64,000 nt of DNA from Tricharina praecox (Eukaryota). How positions within the stretch are numbered: the stretch's first letter is position 1; each line of letters opens with the position of its first letter. Positions 24,661 to 36,900 of this stretch are shown here, in pieces. The stretch lies in assembly GCF_024521635.1 (NCBI RefSeq), contig NW_026250404.1:1984001-2048000 (forward strand), given 5' to 3'. The notes below the pieces were generated by a model, which saw nothing but the letters and a program-made list of their open reading frames with translations, did no database searches and was not told the DNA's origin. The position numbers were made by a program, and so were the translations under genes.

Positions 24661-24720
24661 CGACGAGGACGACGAGGAAGACGAGGAAGACGAGGAAGAC
24701 GAGGAAGACGAGGAAGACGA
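24661..24720. repeat. (GACGAGGAA)n microsatellite in the putative 5' leader of the TF gene
   Basis: Tandem 9-mer, about 6 copies. Confidence 0.9.
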
Positions 24721-27700
24721 CAGCGGCGAGTGCGTGGGGGATATGTAGGAGGAGTAGTGGACGGACAAGATGTTCCGGCGGCGGTGGGTATGTGATATGT
24801 GGGTATGTATGTATGTATGTGGGTGGGTGTGGTATGTGCTGGTACAAGGTATCAAAACACACAAACTGCCAAAAACAAAAAAATCCAGTGAAATGGGGCC
24901 AACTCTTGTGTGTATGTGCGTGTGTGCGTGTTATGTGTGTGTGCGTGAGCGTGTGAGCGTGTGTGTTTTCCTTTCTTTCTTTCTTTCGTCTTTCTTTCCT
25001 TCTTCTTTCCTTCCAAACGCGTCTCGGGATGGATACACGGCGGGATATTGCAGAGGGCACGAATGTAAAGGGCTATTGCACCACGCAATTCGATGGAAGG
25101 CTCGATTCGACGACTGACGACGCGGCTGCAGAGGGAACCTCTTCTTTAAGATGACGGCTGTGGCGGCGGCGATTGGCGACTTTGAGGTTGCAGGCGGGAG
25201 TGGCGTAGGGGGGGAGGGGGGGGCAGCTCAAGAAGGAATTCAGATCCAAGGCCGATGTTATTGGTTGGAGGGGTGGAAAACACAAGTCGATGTCAGCACT
25301 CTCATTCCTGGAATTGGCGAACAGAATTCGAGGGATTGAAAGTGATGCGGAGAAGGAGGGGGGGGAGGCTTCTTGAAATAAAACGAGATGTGCAAGAGAC
25401 AGGGGGTCTGCAGGACTGGTGGGAGGGCGGGGAGGGGGGGGAGGAGGGGGGAGGAGGGGAGATTCGATGTATGTATGGTATGGGTTGGACGTGGAGGGGT
25501 GTGGCAGTCTTATGGTAATCGAGAAAGGGACTCGGACGGGGAGGGAGAGGCGTTCGAGTTCGTTCGTCTACGGTTGACCATGCGGAGGGCATGTTGTGGG
25601 TGTTATTATTACTCTGGTCGGTACGGAGGGTAGTGGGTTGTAGTAGAGCTCGTTATGCTACCGACGGCTGCTGCCATGCACAGGGGCAGGCCGGCAGGGC
25701 AGGATGGGACAGGGCAGCACGTGTGGTGTGTGGGTGTGAGGGCGGGTGTGAGTGCGAGTGTGAGAGTGGGTGTGAACGTGAGAACTGCACCGTACTGTGC
25801 CGGTACTGTACTCTACCTACTCTATGCTCCAAGAACCCGCACTCGCAATCCCTCACACGGTAGCGTAGAGTACACTGCAATGGGTACATAGAGTACATGT
25901 GCTCTCCACGCTCCACGAACTGGTGGGCGGGCAGGCCGGCGTGCGGGCAGCCTCCATTCAGGAGATCATCGTATCGGGTTCGGCCTGTCACCGTGTCAAG
26001 CAGCCCATCGTACCCATCATGTCCACCATGCCACACTCAATCAATCAATCTCCCTCCGTCTGCATCGCGCGCTCATTTGTCTCGCTTGCTCTCGGCGTCC
26101 GTCCGTCTGTCTGGCGAGGCCTCGTTCAATTTTCACTCCCTTCCCTTCCCTTCGCTAAGTCGTCCCCCCTTCGCAACACGCCATCCATGCCATACATATG
26201 ATTCCGTGGTGACGGCCGATCCGGGGAGGGGTCAGGTTGTAGAGTAGAGTAGGTAGAGTAGGTTGTCGCAGTTGACCGTGATACCGACCGACCCTTGTAT
26301 ATAGAGTACCCTCAGAGACCAGAGACCATGTCCGTCTGGCCGTCTGGCTGGATGGATGGCTGCGGGCGTGGTGCAGCATGGTCGGGGCCGGGGGGAGCCG
26401 ACCTCCCTCGCAACAGTGACCGTTGCATCGAGCATAGAGTGGAAATCTTAGGCCGGCCGAAGCCCTGTCATCATCATCTGCTACCCTACACTCTGCCTGC
26501 CGCTGCTATGGAGATTCTGCGTACCAGTACCCGAGTAACCAAGTCCTCTCAACATACCCTACCGCTCCACGGCTGGTGAAGAGCCGGATGGGGGGGGGGG
26601 CGGTGGGAGGGCCGGGGTGGGAGGGGGTGAATGACAAGGTTAGGGAGAGATACAGGGAGTGGGAGCCGGCGGATGTGTGAAGAGGAAGTGGAGGGAGGGA
26701 GGGAGGGGTGAGAAAGGGAGAGCCCAACCATTGTGGGGTGGGGGGGCAAAGTAGAACACCTAGGGTGGGTAGAGGGAGGGATGAAGGGAGGGAGAGAAAA
26801 GGCCAGGGGCAGGGGAGGTGCGGACGGTGAATTGATAGTACAACCCCCCGGCGTGGCCCCTAGCGTAGTGTAGGTAGAGTAACTAGAGTAACTAGAGTAG
26901 ATGGATCTTGCGTGCGGTTCGTGATGTGATGCGTTGATAGATGGATGGCTCGGTCGCTCGCTCGTTCACCCGTCTGCCCGTCCGTCCGTCCGTCCGTTCG
27001 CACGCTCGTTCGTTCATCCGTTCGTTCGTTGCGTTGCGTCGGTCGTTTGTACCTACACTACATGATGTGGTCGGTATGTCGTCGTCGTGGCCCGCTCCGT
27101 CGTCGTCGTGGTGATTGAGCTGCAAAGTTAACTCTACTAGCTTGCGCCGGTCGGTGCTGGCAGCTGTCGGAGCCTGAAGGATTGCTTCTTCTAGAGTATC
27201 ATCACGACAGACGGAGCCGAACCACTCGACTTTGCCGGAAAGATTCCGCCCAACCAACCGCGTTCGTGCGGGCCGGCACCGGCACTGTCAAAGCAATTAC
27301 TTTGTATTTGCGAGAGACATTTGGACACTGGATAACTACTCGCCAAGTGCCAAAGAGGGTAGAGTATCCACCGTTACTTACGGTACATACTCGCTCGTAC
27401 GGTACTATCATAGTACGGTATCATACTGCCAATGGGTCTCAGACATTCATACCAGCGCTAGAATGGGGCACGTACTCTGGAGCTAAAAAGAAAACTAAAA
27501 AAAAAGTCGAGACGAACTGCTCGTTTCTTCAGGGTCGATCGGAAATGCGAGAGAGAGCGAGGGAGAGAAAACGAGGGGCACAGGGTTGCCAGCCAGCCAG
27601 CCCGGCCGGCCTACTGCGATTCCGCTGCTAGAGTTACTGCTAGTTACTGCTATTGGTACTGCTACCTATTGGTACTGCTATTGCTATTGTTAGTTGTTAC

Positions 27701-27737
27701 TGCTATTCATACTGCTACTGCTATTAAATTTACTGTT

Positions 27738-27780
27738 ATTGCTATTGCTATTGCTATTGCTATTGCTATTGCTATTGCTA
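27738..27780. repeat. (GCTATT)n microsatellite
   Basis: Tandem hexamer within a longer degenerate tract. Confidence 0.9.
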
Positions 27781-29975
27781 CTCCTACTCCTACTGCTACT
27801 GCGGCTGGCTCCTGGCTTCTATGTAACTTCTGGCTGCTGGCTTCTGGCTGGCTGGCTGCAAAGCACACAACATACATCATCCCTCGTCTTCCGTCAACTG
27901 AGACAGCAGCGGGTAAGTTATGTAGTTGCCCTGTTCCCTGCCTGCCTGCGTGCGTGCCTTTCTGGAGCTCTCTCTTCCTCTGCGTGCTTGCGTGTGTGCG
28001 TGCTCGTGCTCGTGTGGGTTTGTGTGGGTGTGTGGGTTTTACTAGTACTCAACTTCTGCACCGACCGGCCAATCACGACGCGCGGTTCTAGTTATCGGTG
28101 AACTTGGATCGCGCGAGTTCTCTGAGCCCTCCCTCCATAGCCCATGGCCCTTGATGATGATAATGATGATTGTGGTGGAGAGAGAGACGCCGAAGTATCA
28201 ACGGCCACACCTCCGACTCCTCCGACCGACCGGTTCACGCAAAAAGGCATGATCCTTCTCAACTTCTCTCGATCCCTCCCTCCCACACACACACATCGTC
28301 GGTCGTCGCAGGCGCTAAACCTTCCCTCCCTCCCACACACACGCACTGTATTCTACGGTAAGTAGAGTACTCTACTCTACTTTTACCGTGCGTCGCTGTA
28401 TGACAGCCGTATAATTACGCCAACCACGGGCGGGCGCGCAAACATAGGGGTGGAGGGGGAGGGTAGTGAGATAGATGGAGTGCTGTTCCGTTGCGCGTAT
28501 ATAACAAATCACTAACGGCTGGACTAGGAAGTGGAAATATAGAGTGGGTTGGGTTGGGTATGGGTGTGTTGGGTAGGTTGGGTATGGAAGGGTGGGTTGA
28601 AGGGGGGTTTGTTTGGTTGACATCTGAGGATCCTCCATGCTGTGCTCCCACCAGCAGTAACCCACCCCTCCAGGCTCCCCCCGTCGACAGCGGCAGAGCC
28701 AGGGTGGAATGGAGTAGAGTAGTAGGATGGATCTCGAGGGCTCCATCTATCTACTACGACGAAAAACGACTTGTCGCCTTCTCCGGTCCGGCGCCATCAG
28801 CATCAGCATGAGCATCAGCAGCAGCCATCATCCATGATCATCCACCCATCCACCCATCCATCTTCCCCTTCAACGAAAGGCTCCACACTCTACTTACCTA
28901 CCCTACGGTTCCAACTTTGCCTCTACCTGCCCCACCGCTGAGGGATGTTTTGGTGTTTTGGTGTGGAAACACCGCCGAACGCACCCACCCACGCACGCAC
29001 GATGATGATGGTGATGCTGGGGGTGATGATGCCGGTGCGAAAGCCAGAAAAACAAAGAGAGGATTGTTGTGCATATGTGTGTGCCTATGAACGCAGAGCA
29101 CTGTATCAGTGTATCAGTGTATCATCCATCTCGATGCTATCGAGACCGTACCAGTCCCAGTCCCCTTCCCTTCCCTCCACTCCCCTCCGAATGGGTTTCA
29201 CGGGAAGAAAAAAGAAAAAAAGGAAAAAAGAAAAGAAAAAAAGATGGCAGGGATAAAGGGATTGGACGTTGGAGGTTGGAGAAAAAGAAGAAAAAGAAAA
29301 GAGAAAAAAGAAAAAGAAAAGTCAAGCAGGATGATGTGCAGGGAGCGAACGACCGAACGACCGACCGAACGACCGAGCGACCGAGCGACTGAAGAGAATG
29401 CCCGAACCCTTCCTACCCTCCTCCTCCTCGACTCCTCCTCCTCCGCACCACCGGGCCACACTCCCCTGAAACCTCCAACCCCACTCCTCCCGGACCTCAC
29501 TAGAGTACCTAGAGGAAGTGTGGGCTGAGACGGCCGAGCACACTTCACGATGCGCGCTAACTAGCAGATTGGTGGCACCGCCTATGTAGCATAGGTATCG
29601 AATGTCAGCCATCATCGGCGGTTAACTACCTGGAGTACTTGGAGTGCATACGGTACATCATACGCACTTGATCTGAGCACGTGTCTGATGTTCATTTCTG
29701 TAAGTAACCAGATACACTTTCGGGTGTGGCTCCGTCTCTGAACTCTGGACGAATGGGAACATCGGACGGACGCAAGCCTGCATGGGAAGGAAACCCCCTC
29801 CCAATCGCAATCAAAATCAGCGAAGAACATTCCGAAAATCCTTCTGTCCACTGGTCAGCTAGAGTATGGTGTGTAAAGTAGAGTAACGGCGGCTTGACCA
29901 ACACACAAACGGCAGGTGGAAACGGGAAGGCGGCCAGACCCAATCGAAGGTTTGGTGTCCCTCTGTCGGTCCCCG

Positions 29976-30050
29976 CCTCGTGCTCCTCGTGCTCCTCGTG
30001 CTCCTCGTGCTCCTCGTGCTCCTCGTGCTCCTCGTGCTCCTCGTGCTCCT
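29976..30050. repeat. (CCTCGTGCT)n microsatellite, about 8 copies
   Basis: Seen directly. Confidence 0.92.
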
Positions 30051-32787
30051 TGTCCGACTGGAAGAAGGAGTTGTCCGTGCCGTTAATGCCGGCTGTCCAC
30101 CGGTTGTTATGGCTGCCCACCCCCCTACTTCCTGGTTTCGGAGAGCCGATGTATATAACGCCCGAGACGTGATCTACCACACATGGGTTTGAAGTCAGGG
30201 TGCATAGAGTGAGTACTATAGAGTGATCCGCCGGCGTCGACATCGCTTGACGGTCTTTGTTTGGTCCCCGGGGCGAAGTGAAGTGATACCTACCACGCGA
30301 GGAGGGTATGTATGTACGGTGCGTGTATGTAGAGTGTGTAGAGTACCTATCCACCGCACGACACGAGTGCAGAGTGCAGACACGGCTAGCCGCTGTCACG
30401 AGCTGTGCGCACTACGTTGAACGTTCACCAAAGTCAGCCAGCATGCCCGGGTCATATCATATGTCATATGGTAGTATATATTATACATACAAATCCCGTT
30501 TCAAAAGGCAAACCCACCATCCCGAGGATCCACGAGCACGAGCGAGCACCAGTGCACCACCAGTGCTCACTGCCAGTCTGCCACCCACCAAAATAGTCAC
30601 TTCATCAGATGAAACGGATCTAGAGTAGGTATACATACTAGTAAGTATTCTTCTGCCCGGGATATGAGGGAACCTTTAGGCTCTGTCGGTAGATGTTATC
30701 CCCTGTCTGCGCGCCCGCCGTCCGCCGCTCACCGCCGACAAGCCAAAGCCAAAGCACGCGGTCCCGCCCTCCCCTCAAGTCAGCCACCGTTTTTCCCCTA
30801 GAGGAACAAAAGGGGGCATGATCGGACGGACCGAGCAGGGGATCGAATGCGAATTTGAACTCCGAGTCTCCGAGTGCTTAGTTTCCCGGAGGAGAGAGCA
30901 TGCATCTTCATTTTTTTTCGTTCGTTCGCCACATTTTCGTGGATCTCCGTCGATTCGTACTACCCAGTCAGATCTGCTAAACCCCTCGGTGTATGTATAC
31001 ACTTACATGGTTGGATAGGTGGTATAGGTGGTACCTATAGGCGGTATAGGTAGAGTGTACCTGGCATATGTGTGTGTGTGTGTGTGTGTGTGTTATCGAC
31101 TGCCGCTGACGCCGTGAGCTTCGGGCTTTGGGCATTGGCCTCCACGAGCTCTTTTTCACGAGATTTCTTTTTCTTGTTGTTCTTCTTGTTCTTCCGGAGG
31201 CGGGGTTGAGAAAAGAGCACATACACAGAAGAAAGAGGAGATAGAGGTTGATCGTCTATTCAGTAGAGGATGATCGAGTGTGTAAGGAGAAGAAGAAGAA
31301 GAAGACCCCGCCGAGCCTACTCGGTCGACCTCGCTATGGCCGCTAACGTTGATGCCTACCGCTATGTACTAACCATATTCGTTTGCTCCCGCCGACAGCT
31401 CCCCCATCGCTCCGCCACAGCTGTTTAGAGGGGGATGGGGAGGGTGGCACCCACATCCCAATGGTGAACACGAGGTCGAGAAGACGTCAACATCCATAGA
31501 AGAAGAAAAGCAAAACCACCCCCATTTCTCCATTTCTCCAGTCCTCCAACTCGCTCCTTCCCCTTCTCTCCCTCCTCCCTCTTTCTTTTCTTTTCCAGAA
31601 GACTTGAATGGGCTTCTATGTATGATGTAGTGAGACAAAGTGGCGCACATTAGAGCGTTCATTATTACCGTATATATGAGCTTCTCGAAGCTCGAGGAAT
31701 ACATTCACACACACCCATACACAGCCATACTCTACATACAGCTGCAATACAGCTGCAGGTTTTGTGGTCTGCCACACACCCAATGCTGAAAACAGAAGCT
31801 CGAGTAGGAGGTTGGAATAGAATACATATAGTGATACCGGTACATTTGATGCGCGAGATTCATCTGAGGCTGTGTGTGCATCTGAGGCGGGTTGTGGCAT
31901 GTGCAGTCCACGCCGCACGGGTTCCGCTAACTATACGGTAGCGTCGTGTCGGTGTGGCCATCATCATATGCATATACGGTGGGTATTCAGCATTTTGATC
32001 GTGATTGGGCATGCCACTTCTACGGTCGTACATACGCGTTTGCGTTTGGGACGGAGGTCCTCCGTCGCTTCCTCCGCATCGAACTCAACCGCTGCACCCC
32101 GCCACCTCCTCCCCGTCCTCCCCGTCCTTCTCATCCTCCCCATCCTCCTCCTCCGGCGAACCAGTAGTCTCTACATAGCAGACCAGACTCAAAACTTATC
32201 TCATCCCCGTACGTAGCTCCAAAACGTCCACACGCCGACCGACCGGATAATTCTTGCTTTCCCCCGCCAAAGACCACGGTTCATAGGTATTCAGCCAGTA
32301 ACAATCCGTCGCCAGCAAAAACTACCGGTACCGTACTAGCACGATGCGGATCTTCACCATGGGAAATAAGGCCCCTCTGCTGCTCTACATACAAAAACCG
32401 TTACCGAGCCTCACCACAACCGCAGTCTGCAGAGCACAGCAGCCACAAACGAAAAAAGAAAAGAAAAAGAAAAAGAAAAAGAAACTACGGTACTAGGGTT
32501 TGAGGATTTTCTGATTTGGGGCGTGAATTTCGTGCACTTATGCAGGGCTACTACTAACTACTAGTCCTGTATAGCGTAGCAGTGTCTAAGTAAGAAACCC
32601 CGCCCACCGCCGCCGCCCACGCCCCACCCGCGGCTGGTCGCTTATGATGTGTGAACTGCATTGCATAAGCCCCAGCTCCAGCTCTCATCCCACAACCCCC
32701 CTGCGTTCTCTACTACCACCACTGTTTTTTTGCTGACGTTGGGGAGTTACAGACTACAGTACGGCATATCTAGTGCTATAGAGTTTC

Positions 32788-33071
32788 TAGGGATGCCGCC
32801 CGTAACTTTACAGTAATGTAATGTCACGTAATGTCACGTAATATTACAGTAAAGCATGAGTCGTGACGGTAAAGTTATTGCCAAGGCGGCTAGTGATGGC
32901 TGGTTTTGGTCTTGGTGTGGCTGGTGGTGGTCGCTGGGTGGCTGGTACTGCCCGCCCCGGCCGGCTATTGGCTGGTTCAAGCGGCGCCAGCCACCCAGCA
33001 CTGCCAAGCTTACATCGTTACGTGACACTTTACCGTTACGGCTCATACTTTACGGTAATCAGGCATCCCTA
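32788..33071. mobile_element. Non-autonomous hAT-superfamily DNA transposon (MITE), 284 bp
   Basis: TIR TAGGGATGCC at 32788-32797 and GGCATCCCTA at 33062-33071. Identical 8-bp flanks AGAGTTTC at 32780-32787 and 33072-33079. Subterminal 33-bp inverted repeat (29/33) at 32843-32875 and 33027-33059. No transposase ORF. Confidence 0.88.
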
Positions 33072-33944
33072 AGAGTTTCATACTATAGTTCGCGGTTCCC
33101 ACGGGGAGCTCAACAGGAGCCTGATGCTGGCTGCCTACCTATCTACTAGCAGTTACTCGTCGCCATGGAAAAATGATATCCATCTAGGTATCTATCTTCT
33201 TCACGGCTTGCTTTTTCTTTTTCTTTTCCGCTTTCCCGCGGTCCTGTTACCACGGGTACCTAAGTAGTCGGCGATGGGGTGTTTGAGACATTCGATTATC
33301 AAGACACTATAGGTGCTATACCTACTATACATGCCTCCCGCCGCTATGGAATGGCCGTAGGACTTTGGAGTCCGTCGATTCCGTCGATGCCGTGGAATAC
33401 ATACGGTGCATATGGTACATGTGTATGTACTCGGATGTAAGGGTAAGTGCTGCCTCACCAGTTTTTCCCCCATACGACTTAGCGTTTTCCCCCATACAAT
33501 TTAGTCACAACCACTCACTCATTTCATTGTATCTGGCTTAGTGCGCTTCTAATATAGACTAGTACTTATAATTCGTAATGGTGGTGAGCCACCACTTATT
33601 GGCAGCTCCTGGTACATGTGTATGCATACCTGATGCAAGATATCCCTCCCTCCGTCCAGCAGCCAGCGCCCTTCGGACGCCACCAGAAATTCCGTTCCTG
33701 GCTGATATGCCACCTACATCATACCTACTTAGGCACAGCAAGGCCTATGCTAAGAAGCAGTTATGATACATACTAACTACCTACCCGAAAATCCTCCGTC
33801 TGGGCGCATACCGAACGAAAGCCCTGAGGTTCTGACGATCACTTTTCGCACGCACATACGGCCCGAGGCAAAAAATACTTATCACATTCTCGAGTCTCGA
33901 CAGGGCTCCACAGGTACAAATGTAAAGAAGTAGGTAAGCGCCCC

Positions 33945-33945
<1 letters not shown>

Positions 33946-33978
<33 letters not shown>

Positions 33979-33985
33979 CAGCAGC
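33946..33985. repeat. (CAG)n microsatellite, intergenic
   Basis: Seen directly. Confidence 0.9.
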
Positions 33986-36900
33986 TGCTGGTCGAGAATG
34001 GCATCGAACCCCCCTGAATAATTCGACTGGCCAGACCCTCCCCATCCCCATCCCCTCCCCATCCTTCCCCCTTACTTACGTACATGAGAGCTATTAATCT
34101 GATGGCCCTACCTACTACCCAGGGTTTGGCTGTGCGTTTCCCCAGCCCGACTGTCCAGTATCGGCACCCATGGCCGCGAGCTCCGACCGACGACTCTTGG
34201 CGCTTCGGGGGTTGGGTAATGGGAGGTCCCGATTTCCCGCATTGCAGATGTGTATAGGACCTGTAGATATATCAAACGCGGTATTATTAGAACCCCCGTC
34301 TACCTAGGAAATAGGTACCTGGTTAGTTGTCACGGCCAGGAAGCTATTATCTAGGTACATACCAGTTCCAACAGCTTGTCCGCCGGGGACGGACTCTGGA
34401 TTCTGGAGTCTCTGGTGACGATCCCGACGTATGTACACTACGGGGAGAGTCTTTGGCCTGGTCTTTTGCTTTGCTTTGCTTAGTGATATGCCGACGGCCA
34501 GAGCACGTGGGCAAGGGGGGAGATGAGCTCTGTACAGTGTATGTAGGCTGTAGATAGGCAATCTAATCTAGTAATCTCTCCCTTAAGTACGTACGTACGT
34601 AGATACGTAACGTAGTTACTTGAGATGAGATTTAGATGGGCCGAAGGCGTAGGACGAGAGACGAGAGGGCCCGGTTTCTCCGGTCTCTCCGGTCTGTCTC
34701 GGGGGTGGATGGGCCGAATACTTACATACACTGGGGGCATCTCGTGCTCGTCCGCGCAAAATTAACCAACTAATGGAATAAGTTGCACCAGCCAGACCTT
34801 CCGGCTGATCTCCCATACGGTCCGGTCTTACAAGATCTCCGCCAATGTCCCCGCCATGTCCGTGCCTGTCCGTACCTGTCCGTGCCCACAACGCCGGCTT
34901 CAACGCCGCGGGAGATACATGTCAGATACATATCAATCACCCCTCGGCAGGCGGACGGCGGTTGTCACATCAGGAAGCTGCTTATGTACATACTTACCTA
35001 CCTACTTACATCTCACTCACGGCCGGGCCCGCAATCGTTTGTAGCTTGTGTACCATGGCCCTGGTGCTACTGCTGCGCGCACATCCCCGATACGATCCCT
35101 TGGAAGTTGGGGTTGGGGGGAGGACGGGACCCGATTTCCCCACATATCTCTATCTCCATCTCCATCTCTACGGGGGAGGGGGGACCTGGGGGGTGGAGGG
35201 TGGAAGGATGAAGGGGGGGAGGGAATAGATGGGAAACATAAATAAATAGACAAAACCTCAACAGCACTGGGAACCCCCGTACAGAAGACGAATGCAAATA
35301 ATTGTTCCCTTCGTGGTTTTGTTTACTCATGGGTTGTGCTTGGGTTGTACTACCCAGTATTACTAGCACATGCGTAAGTAGCGCTGACCGGAGTGGTATG
35401 TAAGCACTGACGCATAGTCAAGTAGTGTATGTACGGTAGTGTAGGTACTCTAGAGTACCAGGAGTACCAGGGAATGGGGGGTTGGCCGAAGGCCTTAGTT
35501 ACAGTGGGACTCACCCGACCTCTGCCGACCCCGACCCTCCGGCTAAACGTATAAACGGTGCTACTAACTAGTAGAGTAGGCTTCGGCTGCGTCCTCGGCA
35601 GTTCTGTTCTGCTCTGTTCTGCGGCGGACGACGACGACGGACGACGACGATGGAGGCGGCGCGGCGCTAGTTGGTAGGAGCGGTGGAGCGGTGGAATTGG
35701 TATGGAGAACTCTAGAACAGAGGGGATGGAGATGTAACTATGTGCCGGAGCTGGAAAACGGCGAAAACTCCGGCCGCCCGCCACGGGATTTGGTTCAGGC
35801 TCAGGTCTGGTTCTGGCTCTGGTCGGTTGAGCAGTAGGAGATGAGGTTTTTGGTTTTTCCTCGGGATCAAGCGCCCTGCGACCTGGGTACAGTCATTCGC
35901 GGCACGGGCGGACCGCTTTCGTTGCTTAGACCTTTGCTTACTTACGACGAGTCGAGTCGCGCCTCGCTCTCTGGCCCCACAGCAAATGAACGGCGGGTAC
36001 CGGTGATGTTGGCCCGGCAGTCCGTCTCGCCCTTCCCCCCCGCCCCGAGCTTTTTACCCCACCGTGTATTGTGTGTTCCCCCCTGAGTCTACCGGTACCG
36101 TATGTAGGTATCCATTCCACAAAGCAACCAAGTAAGTACCCCCTCCCCTCCCATCCCCTCTGGTTCTCTCGCCCCCGGCCGAACGTGCATCCATGCTTCG
36201 CAGGTCGAGCTACGTATCTACTGGGTATACCTACTGATACATACATACAGATCAACGCAGCAGCCAGAAGTAATCTATAGGCGCTTCACGATGCTTCCAC
36301 ACCTATTACCTACAGGCTACCCACCCTAGTTGCGGCAGCTTGGGAACCAGAGATCGGAGAACTCGACGGATCAACTAGGTGGGTGGACGGTATACCGGTC
36401 TGTAGGTCTGTAGGCCTGTATACCAACACGTGGAAAAGCACTTTCGAGCTCTGCCGGGCCAACCGCGCGAGAATTACTTGTCCATCAGACACACACACAC
36501 ACACACATATATGCTTCATACATACACACTTCATACATACACACTTCATACATACATACCTTCATACCTTCATACATACTGCTGCTGCTGCTGCTGCGGG
36601 GAAGCAGTTCGATGCGTGCCATGCGTGCCATGTGTACCATGTGTATTTACTCCTCAGTACTAAGTATAGGTAGCCGCACTGACGCAGCGGGTGGATAATA
36701 TATATCATATGTGATCGATGGAAGCTGCTGGAGCTCGATTGCGACCAGGTTCAGGTTCAGATGGCTGTATGTATAGTACTGTACTCCATGTCTGTATGGA
36801 TGTATGTATGGATGTAGGTACCTACTCAGTCATTCCCGCCGCCAACACGTAAAGTGGAGTTCGGTATGGTATGGTACGGTATGGTATGGTATGGTATGGT

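Noticed and set aside
29692..30399. 235-aa ORF with (HEE)n repeat
   Set aside because: The repeat is simply the 9-bp microsatellite and the rest has no recognisable domain. It is probably a chance ORF.
34990..34999. ATACTTACCT, identical to the U1 snRNA 5' end
   Set aside because: It lies in a low-complexity TACC/TACT tract, with no U1 stem-loops or Sm site following.
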